Assembly (NCBI GenBank): GCA_963795095.1
Contig: CAWCGM010000050.1
Span: 1,078-65,077, forward strand
Direction of reading: 5' to 3'
DNA: 64,000 nucleotides
Source: an uncultured Actinomycetota bacterium
GTDB lineage: Bacteria > Actinomycetota > Actinomycetes > Propionibacteriales > Nocardioidaceae
Within the stretch, counting starts at the first letter, position 1; each line of letters starts with the position of its first letter. Made by a program: the position numbers and the translations under genes. Below are positions 28,808 to 38,526 of this stretch, piece after piece. The notes below the pieces were generated by a model that made no database searches, was not told the DNA's origin, and was given only the letters and a program-made list of their open reading frames with translations.

Positions 28808-29389
28808 TCAGCCGCGCGTCCGCGCGGAGAGCGAGTCCGAGAACGCCAGGAGCGCGCTGACCGCGTCGGCGCCCTCGGCCGCGGCGGAGACCCGCAGCGT
28901 GTAGTCGTCGCCGGCGATGGTCCCGGTGTAGCCGTGGTCGGCGTCGCAGCTGGGGTCCGAGCACGCGGCGGGCTCGAGGTCGACCCGTCCCACGCCGCCC
29001 CACCCGATGGTCAGCACGGCCTCGGCCGGCGGTGCCACGCCCTTCGTCGGGTTGGCGATCATCCGGGTCACGACGACGGTCCGGATGGACGTGAGGGTGA
29101 CGGCCTCGGTCGTCGTGGACGTGTAGGGCTCGGGCAGCATGTCGTCGCCCGGGTGCTCGTCGGTGTGAGCGATGACGAGGCGGGTCGGCGTCAGGAGGAG
29201 CGCGGTCAGGTGACGGCGTACCTCCTCGTGGTCGAACGTCGTCTCGTGGTGCACGAAGTAGGACAGGACCTCCTCGCCGCCGGCCGCCGAGAAGACGCCG
29301 TCGGCGACGACCTCGGGGTAGTAGCCGGTGCGGTGGATCGCCTGGCGGAGGTCGTGGGAGACGTCCGCGTCACGGGTCGAGCGGGGCAT
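28808..29389 (-). CDS. DUF5998 family protein
   Basis: 193 aa. LRQAIHRTGYYPEVVADGV... It is the conserved partner immediately upstream of the phosphodiesterase gene. Confidence 0.65.
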   Translation of the reverse strand: MPRSTRDADVSHDLRQAIHRTGYYPEVVADGVFSAAGGEEVLSYFVHHETTFDHEEVRRHLTALLLTPTRLVIAHTDEHPGDDMLPEPYTSTTTEAVTLTSIRTVVVTRMIANPTKGVAPPAEAVLTIGWGGVGRVDLEPAACSDPSCDADHGYTGTIAGDDYTLRVSAAAEGADAVSALLAFSDSLSARTRG

Positions 29390-29428
29390 GCATGCAGTCT
29401 GTCACGCGGGGGCGCCCCTGGACGGGTC

Positions 29429-32140
29429 CTAGTCGGGGATCGTGTCCCCGGGCATCGTGGAGAGCCGGCGGACGAACCAGTCCGAGCGCGGGTCCTTCAC
29501 CGGCTCCACGCGCACGCTGGCGCCGAGCACGGTCGCCCCGGCAGCGCCGGCCAGGACGAGCGGCAGCTGCAGCGCGCGCACCTGCGGCAGGTCGTGCTGG
29601 AGCTGGGCGACCCGGCGGACCAGGCGCTCGATCTCCTCGACGTCGACGATCTCGCTGCCGCGGTAGCCGAAGAGCAGGGGCGAGGCCTTGATCTCGCGCA
29701 CCATGTCCTGGGCGTCGTGGTCGGCGAGCGGCGGGATCCGGTAGGACCGGTCGCCCAGGAGCTCGGTCAGCGGCCCGCCGATCCCGAACGACAGCACCGG
29801 CCCGAAGAGCGGGTCCTCCATCGTCGCGATGGTGATCGGGACGCCCGGCGGGGCGTTGCGCTGCACCACGAAGCCGGCGCGGTCGGGATCGGTGATGAGC
29901 TCGTTGAGCGAGCGCCACGCACCGGCCATGTCGTCGGCCGAGTCGATGTTGCGCCACACGTGCGCGAGGTCCGGGCGGTCGCGCAGGTGCTCGGCGGTCG
30001 CCTTCAGCACGACGTCCCAGCCGAGCGTCTCCCCCGCTGTCGTCGCCTCGTCGAGGCTCTCGACGGCATAGGTGTCCCAGAGGTCGATGCCGTAGGCCTT
30101 GAGCAACCGGTGCTGCTCGGGGAAGTCGAGGTCGCGGCCCTCCGGGTGGTTCATCAGCACCTCGTTGACGAGGTGCCGGGCCGAGTCGAGGTCGGCGGAG
30201 ACGACATCGGTGAAGGTGGACTGCGGGACGCGCAGCCAGACGGCGTACTCGACGACGTGGGCGAGCGCGCGCACGGCGGCCTCGACGGCGGGGTACGACG
30301 GCACGGAGCCGCGCCCGGCCGACGACCCGGCGACGTCGGGCACGCGCAGCAGCTCGGGGACGCCCTCGGTGCCGAGGAACGTGGAGACGATCGGCTTGTC
30401 GGACTGCTCGCCGACGGCGGCGAGCACGTTGGCGACCTCCTCGCGGGCGCCCGGGACGTTGAGCGGCGGGATGAAGATCGCGACGACCGCGTCGACCTCG
30501 GGGTCGTCGATCGCGCCGTCGAGGGCGTCCTCGAAGTCGTCGGACGTCGCGTCGGCGCCGAGCGGCACCTGCTTGTTGACGACGAGGCCGACGGAGTTCG
30601 CGGCGTCGGCCGCGAGCAGGCCGAGCGCGTCGGAGTTGCCGACGATCGCGACCCGGCGCCCGCGCGGGAGCGGCTGGTGGGCGAGCAGCTGGGCGACGTC
30701 GAACATCTCCTCCAGCGACTCGACCTGGATGATCCCGGCCTGGCGGAACATCGCGTCGACGGCCTCGGCGGGCGCGGCGATCTTGCGGACGGCGTGGCCC
30801 ATCGGCACGCCCTGCGAGCTGCGACCCGAGCGCACCGCGACGATCGGCTTGCGCCGGCTGACGCGCCGGGCGACCCGGGAGAACTTGCGCGGGTTGCCGA
30901 TCGACTCGAGGTAGAGCAGGACCACCTCGGTGGCGTCGTCCTCCTCCCAGTACTGGAGGAGGTCGTTGCCGGAGACGTCGGCGCGGTTGCCGGCGCTGAC
31001 GAACGTCGTCAGGCCGAGGCCGCGGTTCTGCACCTTCTCCAGGATGGCCGTGCCGAGCGCGCCGGACTGGCAGAAGAAGCCGGCACGACCGCGGGGCGGC
31101 ATCACCGACGACAGGGAGGCGTTGAGCGACACGTCGGGGTCGGTGTTGATCACGCCGAGCGCGTTGGGGCCGATCAGGCGCAGGCCGTAGGAGCGGGACA
31201 GCCCGACGAGGCGGCGCTGGCGCAGCCGCCCCTCCTCCCCCGTCTCGGCGAAGCCCGAGGAGATGACGACGAGGCCGTGCACGCCCTTGGCGGCACAGTC
31301 GAGCACGACGTCCTGCACGGACTCGGCCGGTACGGCGACGATCGCCACGTCCACGTCACCGGGGATCTCGGCGACGGTCTTCCACGCCGGCATCCCCGCG
31401 ACCGAGTCGGCGCTCGGGTTGACCACGTGGATGCGGCCGGCGAAGTTGCCGAGCACCATGTGGCGCACCAGCGCGCGACCGATGGTGTCCTGGCGGCGGC
31501 TGGCGCCGATGATCGCGACCGACTTCGGGGAGAAGAAGCGCTCGATCGAGGCGTACTCCGCCCGGTGCTCGCGCTGCTCCATCACGCCGATCGCGGTGTC
31601 GGTGGGGTCGATCCGGAAGACCAGCTCCATCACGCCGTCCTCGAACGCGCTCTTCACCTGGTAGCCGGCGTCGCGGAACGTGTGGATCATCGCCTGGTTG
31701 TCGGGCAGCACCTCGGCGACGAACTCCTCGACCCCGCGCTCCCGCCCGGCCTGGGCCAGGTGCTCGAGGAGCAGCTGCCCGATCCCGCGGCCCTGGTGCT
31801 TGTCCTCGACGAGGAACGCCACCTCGGCGTAGCCCGGACGGATCGTGTCGTAGCGGCCCACCGCGATCATGTGCCCGGCGACGAGCAGGATCAGCGCGAC
31901 CCGGTCGCGGTGGTCGACCTGCGTGAACCGGTCGAGGTCGCGGTCGGAGAGCTCGGGCATCGGCGAGAAGAAGCGGTAGTACTTCGACTGGTCGGAGACC
32001 CGGGAGTAGAAGTCGATGAGCAGGTCGCGGTCCTCGGGCTGCATCGGCCTGATGTGCGCCGTCCGCCCGTCGCGCAGCAGCACGTCCGCCTCCCAGTGGC
32101 GGGGAGGTGGCAGCGTCTGCTCGGCCTCGACATCGGTCAC
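29429..32140 (-). CDS. bifunctional GNAT acetyltransferase / NDP-forming acyl-CoA synthetase-like protein (actinobacterial PatA-type protein acetyltransferase)
   Basis: 903 aa. N-terminal GNAT (HQGRGIGQLLLEHL), then CoA-binding, CoA-ligase and ATP-grasp regions (SVAIIGAS..., FCQSGALG). Confidence 0.85.
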   Translation of the reverse strand: MTDVEAEQTLPPPRHWEADVLLRDGRTAHIRPMQPEDRDLLIDFYSRVSDQSKYYRFFSPMPELSDRDLDRFTQVDHRDRVALILLVAGHMIAVGRYDTIRPGYAEVAFLVEDKHQGRGIGQLLLEHLAQAGRERGVEEFVAEVLPDNQAMIHTFRDAGYQVKSAFEDGVMELVFRIDPTDTAIGVMEQREHRAEYASIERFFSPKSVAIIGASRRQDTIGRALVRHMVLGNFAGRIHVVNPSADSVAGMPAWKTVAEIPGDVDVAIVAVPAESVQDVVLDCAAKGVHGLVVISSGFAETGEEGRLRQRRLVGLSRSYGLRLIGPNALGVINTDPDVSLNASLSSVMPPRGRAGFFCQSGALGTAILEKVQNRGLGLTTFVSAGNRADVSGNDLLQYWEEDDATEVVLLYLESIGNPRKFSRVARRVSRRKPIVAVRSGRSSQGVPMGHAVRKIAAPAEAVDAMFRQAGIIQVESLEEMFDVAQLLAHQPLPRGRRVAIVGNSDALGLLAADAANSVGLVVNKQVPLGADATSDDFEDALDGAIDDPEVDAVVAIFIPPLNVPGAREEVANVLAAVGEQSDKPIVSTFLGTEGVPELLRVPDVAGSSAGRGSVPSYPAVEAAVRALAHVVEYAVWLRVPQSTFTDVVSADLDSARHLVNEVLMNHPEGRDLDFPEQHRLLKAYGIDLWDTYAVESLDEATTAGETLGWDVVLKATAEHLRDRPDLAHVWRNIDSADDMAGAWRSLNELITDPDRAGFVVQRNAPPGVPITIATMEDPLFGPVLSFGIGGPLTELLGDRSYRIPPLADHDAQDMVREIKASPLLFGYRGSEIVDVEEIERLVRRVAQLQHDLPQVRALQLPLVLAGAAGATVLGASVRVEPVKDPRSDWFVRRLSTMPGDTIPD

Positions 32141-32173
32141 GGCTGCAATCTATCGGCCACGTCCGCCCGCCGT

Positions 32174-32284
32174 TGGTCGAGTAGCCGACGCGACCTCTCC
32201 CGCTGGTCGAGTAGCCGAGCTGCGACCTCTACCTCCGCTGGTCGAGTAGCCGAGCGAGGAACGAGCAAGGCGTATCGAGACCCC
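32174..32284. repeat. left repeat block: three copies of TGGTCGAGTAGCCGA (period 30-35 bp); the third extends into a 48-bp unit
   Basis: Core copies lie at 32174, 32204 and 32239. The 48-bp unit is 32237-32284, ending in GGCGTATCGAGACC. Confidence 0.85.
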
Positions 32285-32667
32285 TCAGCCCGACGACTCA
32301 GCCCTCGCGGCGCGAGAAGTCCTTCCTGGCCAGGGCGGGCAGGCCCTCGTAGTCCCCGGCGATCAACGCCAACCGCTTCGCCCGACTCCAGTTCTGGACC
32401 TGCTTCTCCCTCGCGAAGGCCTCGGAGATGCGCTCGTACTCCTCGTGCCAGACCAGCTCGACCGGCAGCCGCTTCCGCGTGTACGCCGCACCCATGCCGA
32501 GCTGGTGCTGGAACTCGCGCGAGTGCAGGAGCCGGGTGCTGCCGACGTAGAAGGAGCCGTCCGAGCACCGGAGCATGTAGACGTAGGCGACCATCGATCA
32601 AGGTTCTCCGGTCGGCGGGGCGCACGACAGACCGGTCGCCGAATCTGTGGACAGGTCTCGATACGCC
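32269..32667. mobile_element. candidate mini-cassette: GIY-YIG ORF bounded by perfect 14-bp inverted repeats
   Basis: GGCGTATCGAGACC at 32269-32282 and its exact reverse complement GGTCTCGATACGCC at 32654-32667 flank the 297-bp ORF. Confidence 0.35.
32298..32594 (-). CDS. GIY-YIG nuclease family protein (small YhbQ/UPF0213 type)
   Basis: 98 aa. [50 protein letters not shown]...[13 protein letters not shown] matches the GIY-(N)-YVG, R and E core motifs. Confidence 0.85.
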   Translation of the reverse strand: MVAYVYMLRCSDGSFYVGSTRLLHSREFQHQLGMGAAYTRKRLPVELVWHEEYERISEAFAREKQVQNWSRAKRLALIAGDYEGLPALARKDFSRREG

Positions 32668-32868
32668 GCGGTCGCCACCGGTTCACAGCTGGTCGAGTAG
32701 CCGAGCGAGGAACGAGCGAGGCGTATCGAGACCCCACGCTGCGGACCCGAGGCGAGGTCGTATCGATACGCCCACCTCGCTGGTCGCGTCGGCGAGGCTA
32801 CTCGACCAACATGTCCGGGAGCTGGTCGCGTCGCCGGGCGAGGAACGAGCGGGCGTACTCGACCAACG
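32654..32868. repeat. right repeat block: inverted 14-mer, second copy of the 48-bp unit, a palindrome and two inverted degenerate core copies
   Basis: The 48-bp unit at 32688-32735 matches 32237-32284 at 47/48. CGTATCGATACG palindrome at 32758-32769. GGCTACTCGACCA at 32796-32808 and GTACTCGACCAAC at 32856-32868. Confidence 0.8.
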
Positions 32869-32930
32869 AGGGCGCCCCGACCGGCGTGCCCCTGCGCCGC
32901 CGCGGAGGGGCACCGGGGAGAATGGCGCGC

Positions 32931-35456
32931 ATGGCACGACGTACGACGAAGCAGGAGCTCCCGGACGACTTCGAGGAGCACATCCTCGACACCGACATCC
33001 GCGACGAGATGCAGACGTCGTTCCTGGAGTACGCCTACTCCGTCATCTACTCCCGGGCGCTGCCCGACGCGCGCGACGGCCTCAAGCCGGTCCAGCGCCG
33101 CATCCTCTACACGATGGACGACATGTCGCTGCGGCCCGACCGCGGGCACGTCAAGAGCGCCCGCGTCGTCGGCGAGGTGATGGGCCGGCTGCACCCGCAC
33201 GGGGACGGCGCGATCTACGACGCCCTGGTGCGGATGGCGCAGTCGTGGTCGATGCGGCTGCCCACCGTCGACGGCCACGGCAACTTCGGCTCGCCCGACG
33301 ACCCGCCCGCCGCGATGCGCTACACCGAGTGCCGGATGGCGCCGGCGGCGGTCGCGATGACGACGTCGATCCACGAGGACACCGTCGACTTCAAGCCCAA
33401 CTACGACTCCCGCGAGATGGAGCCGGTCGTCCTGCCGTCGGCCATCCCGCACCTGCTGGTCAACGGCTCGGCGGGGATCGCGGTCGGCATGGCCACCAAC
33501 ATCGCCCCGCACAACCTCGTCGAGGTGGTCCAGGCGCTCAAGCACCTGATCAGCCACCCGAAGGCGACGCTCGACGACCTGATGCGCTTCATCCCCGGCC
33601 CCGACCTGCCGACCGGCGGCAAGATCGTCGGGCTCGACGGCATCCGCGACGCCTACGAGACCGGTCGCGGCACCTTCCGGATGCGCGCGACGGCCCGCAT
33701 CGAGTCGGTGACCCCGCGCCGCAAGGGCATCGTGGTCACCGAGCTCCCCTACGGCGTCGGCGAGGAGCGCGTCGTCGAGCAGGTCAAGAAGCTCGTGCTC
33801 GCCAAGAAGCTCCAGGGCATCGCCGACATCAAGCAGCTCGGCGACCGGCACCAGGGCCTCCGTCTGGTCATCGAGGTCAAGAACGGCTTCGTCCCCGAGG
33901 CCATCCTCGAGCAGCTCTACCGCCAGACCGCGCTCGAGGACTCCTTCGGCATCAACGCCGTCGCGCTGGTCGACGGCCAGCCGCGCACGCTGAGCCTCCG
34001 CGAGATGCTCGACGTCTTCCTCGGCCACCGCTTCGACGTCGTACGCCGTCGCTCCGCGTTCCGCCGCGGCAAGGCGGCCGACCGGCTGCACCTCGTCGAC
34101 GGCCTCCTCGTCGCGATCCTCGACATCGACGAGGTCATCCAGGTGATCCGCGGCTCCGACAACGCGGCAGCGGCCAAGGAGCGGCTGATCTCGGTCTTCG
34201 ACCTCTCCGAGGTCCAGGCCGACTACATCCTCGACATGCCGCTGCGCCGGCTCACGAAGTTCTCCAAGCTCGAGCTCGACAAGGAGAAGGAGGAGCTCGA
34301 GCGCACGATCGAGTACCTCGACGCGATCCTCGGCGACGAGAAGCTGCTCCGGAAGGTCGTCTCCGACGAGCTCACCGACGTCGCCAAGGAGCACGGCACC
34401 CCGCGGCGGACGGTCCTGCTGGGAGCGGCACCGGCCATCAAGGCGGACACCTCCGTCGAGGTCACGGACGACCCGTGCTTCGTCCTCCTGTCGTCCACCG
34501 GGCTCATCGCGCGCACCAGGGACGCGGAGCAGCCGAGCACGGGCGGGGACCGGAGCAACCACGACGTGGTCGTCGCGGCGACCCTCACCACCAGGCGTGG
34601 TGACATCGGCCTCGTGACCAACCGTGGTCGTGTGGTCAGGATCCCCGTCATCGACATCGGCCCCGAGCTGCCGACCACCGCGAACGACCCCCACGTCGCC
34701 GGTGGCGTCCCGCTGAGCGAGCTGGTCGCGCTCGAGGCCGACGAGCGGGTCCTCGCCCTCTCCTCGCTCCCCACCGACGGCCCCGGCCTCGCCCTCGGCA
34801 CCCGCGACGGCATCGTCAAGCGGGTCAACCCCGAGGTCCTCAACCGCGACGAGTGGGAGGTCATCGGGCTCAAGGACGGCGACGAGGTCGTCGGCGCCGT
34901 CGAGCTGGCGACCGGTGAGGAGGAGCTCTGCTTCATCTCCACCGATGCCCAGCTCCTCCACTTCTCCGCCTCGGGCGTCCGGCCGCAGGGCCGCTCGGGC
35001 GGCGGCATGGCGGGCATCAAGCTCGGCTCCGGCGAGAAGGTCGCGTTCTTCGGCGCGTTCGACCCCGCCGACGCCGTCGTGGTGACCGCGTCGGGCTCGT
35101 CGACCGCCCTGCCCGGCACCGAGGCCGGGGCCGTCAAGGTCACGCCGTTCGCGGAGTACCCCGGCAAGGGCCGCGCCACCGGTGGCGTGCGCAGCCACCG
35201 CTTCCTCAAGGGCGAGGACACCCTGGTCGCGGCCTGGGCCGGCCCCGGTCCCGCTCGCGCCGCCGCGGCCAGCGGCGCCCCCGTCGACCTGCCCGAGGCC
35301 ACCGGCAGGCGGGACGGCTCCGGCGTACCCGCCGCGCAGCCGATCGCCGCCGTCGCCTCGCCGGTCGCCCTCCAGGTGGCAGGTCAGGTCGCGGGTCAGG
35401 TCGCCGGACGCGCGGCCGGATCGACCGACTCCGCGCCCGACCCTGTGGAAGGCTGA
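32931..35456 (+). CDS. parC: type IIA DNA topoisomerase subunit A (ParC-like / topoisomerase IV subunit A of Actinobacteria)
   Basis: [33 protein letters not shown], active-site AAMRYTE. The ATG at 32931 is preferred (GGGGAG 10 nt upstream). The ATG at 32922 is also in frame. Confidence 0.85.
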   Translation: MARRTTKQELPDDFEEHILDTDIRDEMQTSFLEYAYSVIYSRALPDARDGLKPVQRRILYTMDDMSLRPDRGHVKSARVVGEVMGRLHPHGDGAIYDALVRMAQSWSMRLPTVDGHGNFGSPDDPPAAMRYTECRMAPAAVAMTTSIHEDTVDFKPNYDSREMEPVVLPSAIPHLLVNGSAGIAVGMATNIAPHNLVEVVQALKHLISHPKATLDDLMRFIPGPDLPTGGKIVGLDGIRDAYETGRGTFRMRATARIESVTPRRKGIVVTELPYGVGEERVVEQVKKLVLAKKLQGIADIKQLGDRHQGLRLVIEVKNGFVPEAILEQLYRQTALEDSFGINAVALVDGQPRTLSLREMLDVFLGHRFDVVRRRSAFRRGKAADRLHLVDGLLVAILDIDEVIQVIRGSDNAAAAKERLISVFDLSEVQADYILDMPLRRLTKFSKLELDKEKEELERTIEYLDAILGDEKLLRKVVSDELTDVAKEHGTPRRTVLLGAAPAIKADTSVEVTDDPCFVLLSSTGLIARTRDAEQPSTGGDRSNHDVVVAATLTTRRGDIGLVTNRGRVVRIPVIDIGPELPTTANDPHVAGGVPLSELVALEADERVLALSSLPTDGPGLALGTRDGIVKRVNPEVLNRDEWEVIGLKDGDEVVGAVELATGEEELCFISTDAQLLHFSASGVRPQGRSGGGMAGIKLGSGEKVAFFGAFDPADAVVVTASGSSTALPGTEAGAVKVTPFAEYPGKGRATGGVRSHRFLKGEDTLVAAWAGPGPARAAAASGAPVDLPEATGRRDGSGVPAAQPIAAVASPVALQVAGQVAGQVAGRAAGSTDSAPDPVEG

Positions 35457-35460
35457 CGCC

Positions 35461-36186
35461 ATGCCCGCTCGCTCCCGCTTCGTCGCTGCCGCCACGGCCG
35501 CCCTCTTCGTCGTGCCCAGCCTCGCCGCCTGCTCGGGAGACGGGGACGAGCCCGGAGCCGCGGAGGCCCAGTCCCCCGAGGAGGTGCTCGCCCAGGCCTC
35601 CGACACGCTGGTGCAGACCGAGGGCGTGCAGCTCGTCCTGACCGCGGGCGCGCTGCCCGAGGGCGTCTCCGGCATCGCCAAGGCCTCCGGCCTCATCACC
35701 AGCGCACCGGCCTTCGACGGATCGCTCACCGTCGTGTTCGCCGGCCAGACCGTGGACGTCCCGGTCATCTCGGTCGACGACAAGGTCTTCGCCCAGCTGC
35801 CCTTCACCGGCGGCGCGTGGGACACGGTCAACCCCAAGGAGTACGGCGCTCCCGACCCGACCGACCTGATCGGCCCCGACGGCTTCCCCGGACTCCTCAA
35901 GCTCACCGACGCCCCCGAGGCAGGCGAGAGCGTGCGGGGCGGCGCCGACAACTCCGACGTCTTCACGACCTACTCCGGCACCGTCCCCGGCGACGCGATG
36001 GACGCGATCATCCCGTCGTCGGCGGGCGACTCCTTCGACGTCGAGTGGCAGGTCAACGACGACGGCGAGCTCACCAAGGCCACGATGGAGGGCGTGTTCT
36101 ACCCCCAGACCGACCCGATGACCTACACGGTCGAGTTCAGCGACTACGGCACCACCAAGGACATCACGGCACCGGCAACCAAGTGA
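35461..36186 (+). CDS. lprG: LppX/LprAFG-family lipoprotein (LprG-like)
   Basis: Signal peptide with lipobox SLAACSG. About 240 aa. It is followed by an overlapping MFS gene, as in the mycobacterial lprG-p55 operon. Confidence 0.8.
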   Translation: MPARSRFVAAATAALFVVPSLAACSGDGDEPGAAEAQSPEEVLAQASDTLVQTEGVQLVLTAGALPEGVSGIAKASGLITSAPAFDGSLTVVFAGQTVDVPVISVDDKVFAQLPFTGGAWDTVNPKEYGAPDPTDLIGPDGFPGLLKLTDAPEAGESVRGGADNSDVFTTYSGTVPGDAMDAIIPSSAGDSFDVEWQVNDDGELTKATMEGVFYPQTDPMTYTVEFSDYGTTKDITAPATK

Positions 36187-37991
36187 GTGGTGGCGTGAGC
36201 GACGTCGCGGGGCAGGTGGAGGTCTCCCGCACCTCGCGCGTGCTCCTCGCGATGGCGGCCGTCGCGGTCGCGTTCGCGGCCGCCGACACGTACGTCGTCG
36301 TGCTGGCGCTGCCCGACATGATGACCGGCGTCGGGGTGCCGATCGACCAGCTCCAGCGTGCCGCGCCGATCGTCAGCGGCTTCCTGCTCGGCTACGTCGC
36401 GATGCTGCCGCTGATCGGGCGGATCGCCGACCTCCGCGGCCGGGTGCCGGTGCTCGTGATGGCGCTCGTGCTGTTCGCGCTCGGCTCCCTCATCACCACG
36501 CTCGCCTACGACATGCCCAGCATCGTCGCCGGCCGGTTCCTCCAGGGCGTCGGCGGTGGCGGGCTCGTCCCCGCGACCCTCGCGCTCGTGGCCGACCTCT
36601 ACCCGGTCGAGCGCCGCGGCATCCCGCTCGGCGTGGTCTCCGCCGTCCAGGAGATCGGCTCCGTGCTCGGCCCGCTCTTCGGCGCCGCCGTCCTCGCCGT
36701 GTCGGACTGGCGGGCGATCTTCGCGATCAACCTCGCCGTCGGACTGGTCCTGGCCGCCGCCATCCGTGCCCTCGCGCCCCGGGCTCCCGGATCGGTGGTC
36801 GAGGAGCCAGTGCAGCGACCCTCCAGACCACCCCTGCCCGACCTCGTCGGCGTGCTCCTCCTGCTCGCCACCTTCGCCGGCGGCGGCGTCGTCTTCCTCC
36901 GCCCCCCGGGCCTCATGCGCGACCTGACGTGGGGCCAGCTGTTCATCCCCTACGCCGGCGACGGCCGCTGGTTGACGCCGATCGGCACGATCACGGTCGT
37001 CGCGCTCGTGCTGCTCCTCGCCTGGTGCTGGTTCGCGCCGCGTCCGCTGCTCGACCTCCGGGGTTGGGTGCGCGTGCTGGTCGAGGCCGACCTGGTCGGC
37101 GCCCTGCTCCTCGCGCTGGCGCTCGGCGGCGTGATCCTCGCCTTCGCCACCGCCGACCCCAAGATCGAGGTCTTCTCGCCCCGCGGCAGGTGGTACCTCC
37201 TCGGTGCCGTCGTCGCCGCCGCCGCGTTCACCTGGCACGTCCGCCGCGCGGCCAACCCGCTCGTGCCGCGGGGCGCCCTGCGTCGTACGCCGGCCTGGGG
37301 CGCGCTGCTCGTCAGCTTCTTCGTCGGCGCCGCGCTCATCGCGGCGCTGATCGACATCCCGCTGTTCGCGCGGACGACGGTCTACCCCGACGACCAGCTC
37401 CCCGCGGCGCTCGTGCTCGTGCGCTTCCTGCTCGCCCTGCCGGTCGGTGCGGTGGCGGGCGGGTACCTGATCCGCTTCCTCTCCCCCGGCGTCGTCACCG
37501 CGATCGGGATGCTGATGGCGGCGGCAGGCTTCGTGCTGATGACCCGCTGGGGGCTGACCACGCTCGAGGAGCCGATCGCCAACGTCGCGCTCGTCGTCGG
37601 CGGGCTGGGCTTCGGCCTCGCGCTCGCGCCGGTCAACGCCGCGCTGCTCGCCTTCACCGACGACGACGTGCACGGCGTCGCCACCGCCTTCGTCGTCGTC
37701 TCGCGGATGGTCGGGATGCTGATCGGCATCTCGGCGCTCACCACGATCGGGCTCCGGCGCTACTACGCCGAGCAGAAGGTCGTACCTCCCGTGCAGGACG
37801 TGTGCGACGGCAAGAGCAGGTGCAAGGAGTTCTCCGACCTGCTGCGCGTCGCGGGCATCGCCCAGGAGCACGCGGTCTTCTGGGGCGCCGCGGGATGCGC
37901 GCTCGTCGCTGCCGTGCTCGCGCTGGTGCTCTTCCGCGAGGTGCGTCCGACCCGGCTCGCGACGCGAGACCTCTTCGCGGGCAACGGCTGA
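36183..37991 (+). CDS. MFS efflux transporter (P55/Rv1410c-like, 14-TM type)
   Basis: GTG at 36183 overlaps the lprG stop (GTGA). LPDMM...GRIADLRGR, GRFLQGVGGGGL. About 600 aa. Confidence 0.8.
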   Translation: MSGGVSDVAGQVEVSRTSRVLLAMAAVAVAFAAADTYVVVLALPDMMTGVGVPIDQLQRAAPIVSGFLLGYVAMLPLIGRIADLRGRVPVLVMALVLFALGSLITTLAYDMPSIVAGRFLQGVGGGGLVPATLALVADLYPVERRGIPLGVVSAVQEIGSVLGPLFGAAVLAVSDWRAIFAINLAVGLVLAAAIRALAPRAPGSVVEEPVQRPSRPPLPDLVGVLLLLATFAGGGVVFLRPPGLMRDLTWGQLFIPYAGDGRWLTPIGTITVVALVLLLAWCWFAPRPLLDLRGWVRVLVEADLVGALLLALALGGVILAFATADPKIEVFSPRGRWYLLGAVVAAAAFTWHVRRAANPLVPRGALRRTPAWGALLVSFFVGAALIAALIDIPLFARTTVYPDDQLPAALVLVRFLLALPVGAVAGGYLIRFLSPGVVTAIGMLMAAAGFVLMTRWGLTTLEEPIANVALVVGGLGFGLALAPVNAALLAFTDDDVHGVATAFVVVSRMVGMLIGISALTTIGLRRYYAEQKVVPPVQDVCDGKSRCKEFSDLLRVAGIAQEHAVFWGAAGCALVAAVLALVLFREVRPTRLATRDLFAGNG

Positions 37992-38011
37992 GGCCCGATA
38001 GCCTGCGAGCC

Positions 38012-38506
38012 GTGGACGACTTCGACGACCTGATCGCGGCCAACAAGGACTTCGCCGAGCACTTCGACCTCGGCGGCTTCGACGGCAAGGCGCATGCCGG
38101 CATCGCGCTCGTGACGTGCATGGACTCGCGCATCGACCCGCTGCGGATGCTCGGCCTCAAGCACGGCGACGCCAAGATCTTCCGCAACCCCGGCGGTCGC
38201 GTGACGCCCCAGGCCCTCGAGGCACTGGTGCTCGGCGTCCACCTGCTCAACGTCCAGCGCATCCTGGTCGTCCCGCACACCCGCTGCGCGATGGCGTCGG
38301 CCTCCGAGGCGGACCTGCGCGTCAAGGTCGCCGAGTCGGCCGGCGTCGACGCCAGCTGGCAGTCCTTCGGCGTGGTCACCGACCAGCTCGACCAGCTGCG
38401 CCAGGACGTCGCCAAGGTGCGTACGCACCCGCTCATCGGTGACCGCGCGAAGGTCGGCGGGTTCCTCTACGACGTGGACAGCGGGCTGCTCACCCAGCAC
38501 GCCTGA
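38012..38506 (+). CDS. beta-class carbonic anhydrase
   Basis: GTG at 38012. Zinc ligands in CMDSR and HTRC motifs. Confidence 0.8.
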   Translation: MDDFDDLIAANKDFAEHFDLGGFDGKAHAGIALVTCMDSRIDPLRMLGLKHGDAKIFRNPGGRVTPQALEALVLGVHLLNVQRILVVPHTRCAMASASEADLRVKVAESAGVDASWQSFGVVTDQLDQLRQDVAKVRTHPLIGDRAKVGGFLYDVDSGLLTQHA

Positions 38507-38526
38507 GCCGCCCCGGACGGCGGTCG

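Noticed and set aside
28934-34603. Very long ORFs on the non-coding strand or in shifted frames. Examples: 28934..34603 (+, 1889 aa), 32598..35966 (-, 1122 aa), 38566..42147 (+, 1193 aa), 12699..14627 (-), 24119..26311 (-), 55123..57771 (+) and 56584..59133 (-).
   Set aside because: Their products are Arg/Gly/Pro/Asp-rich low-complexity strings. They overlap genes with clear family motifs on the other strand or frame. Stop-codon-poor antisense frames are expected in DNA this GC-rich.
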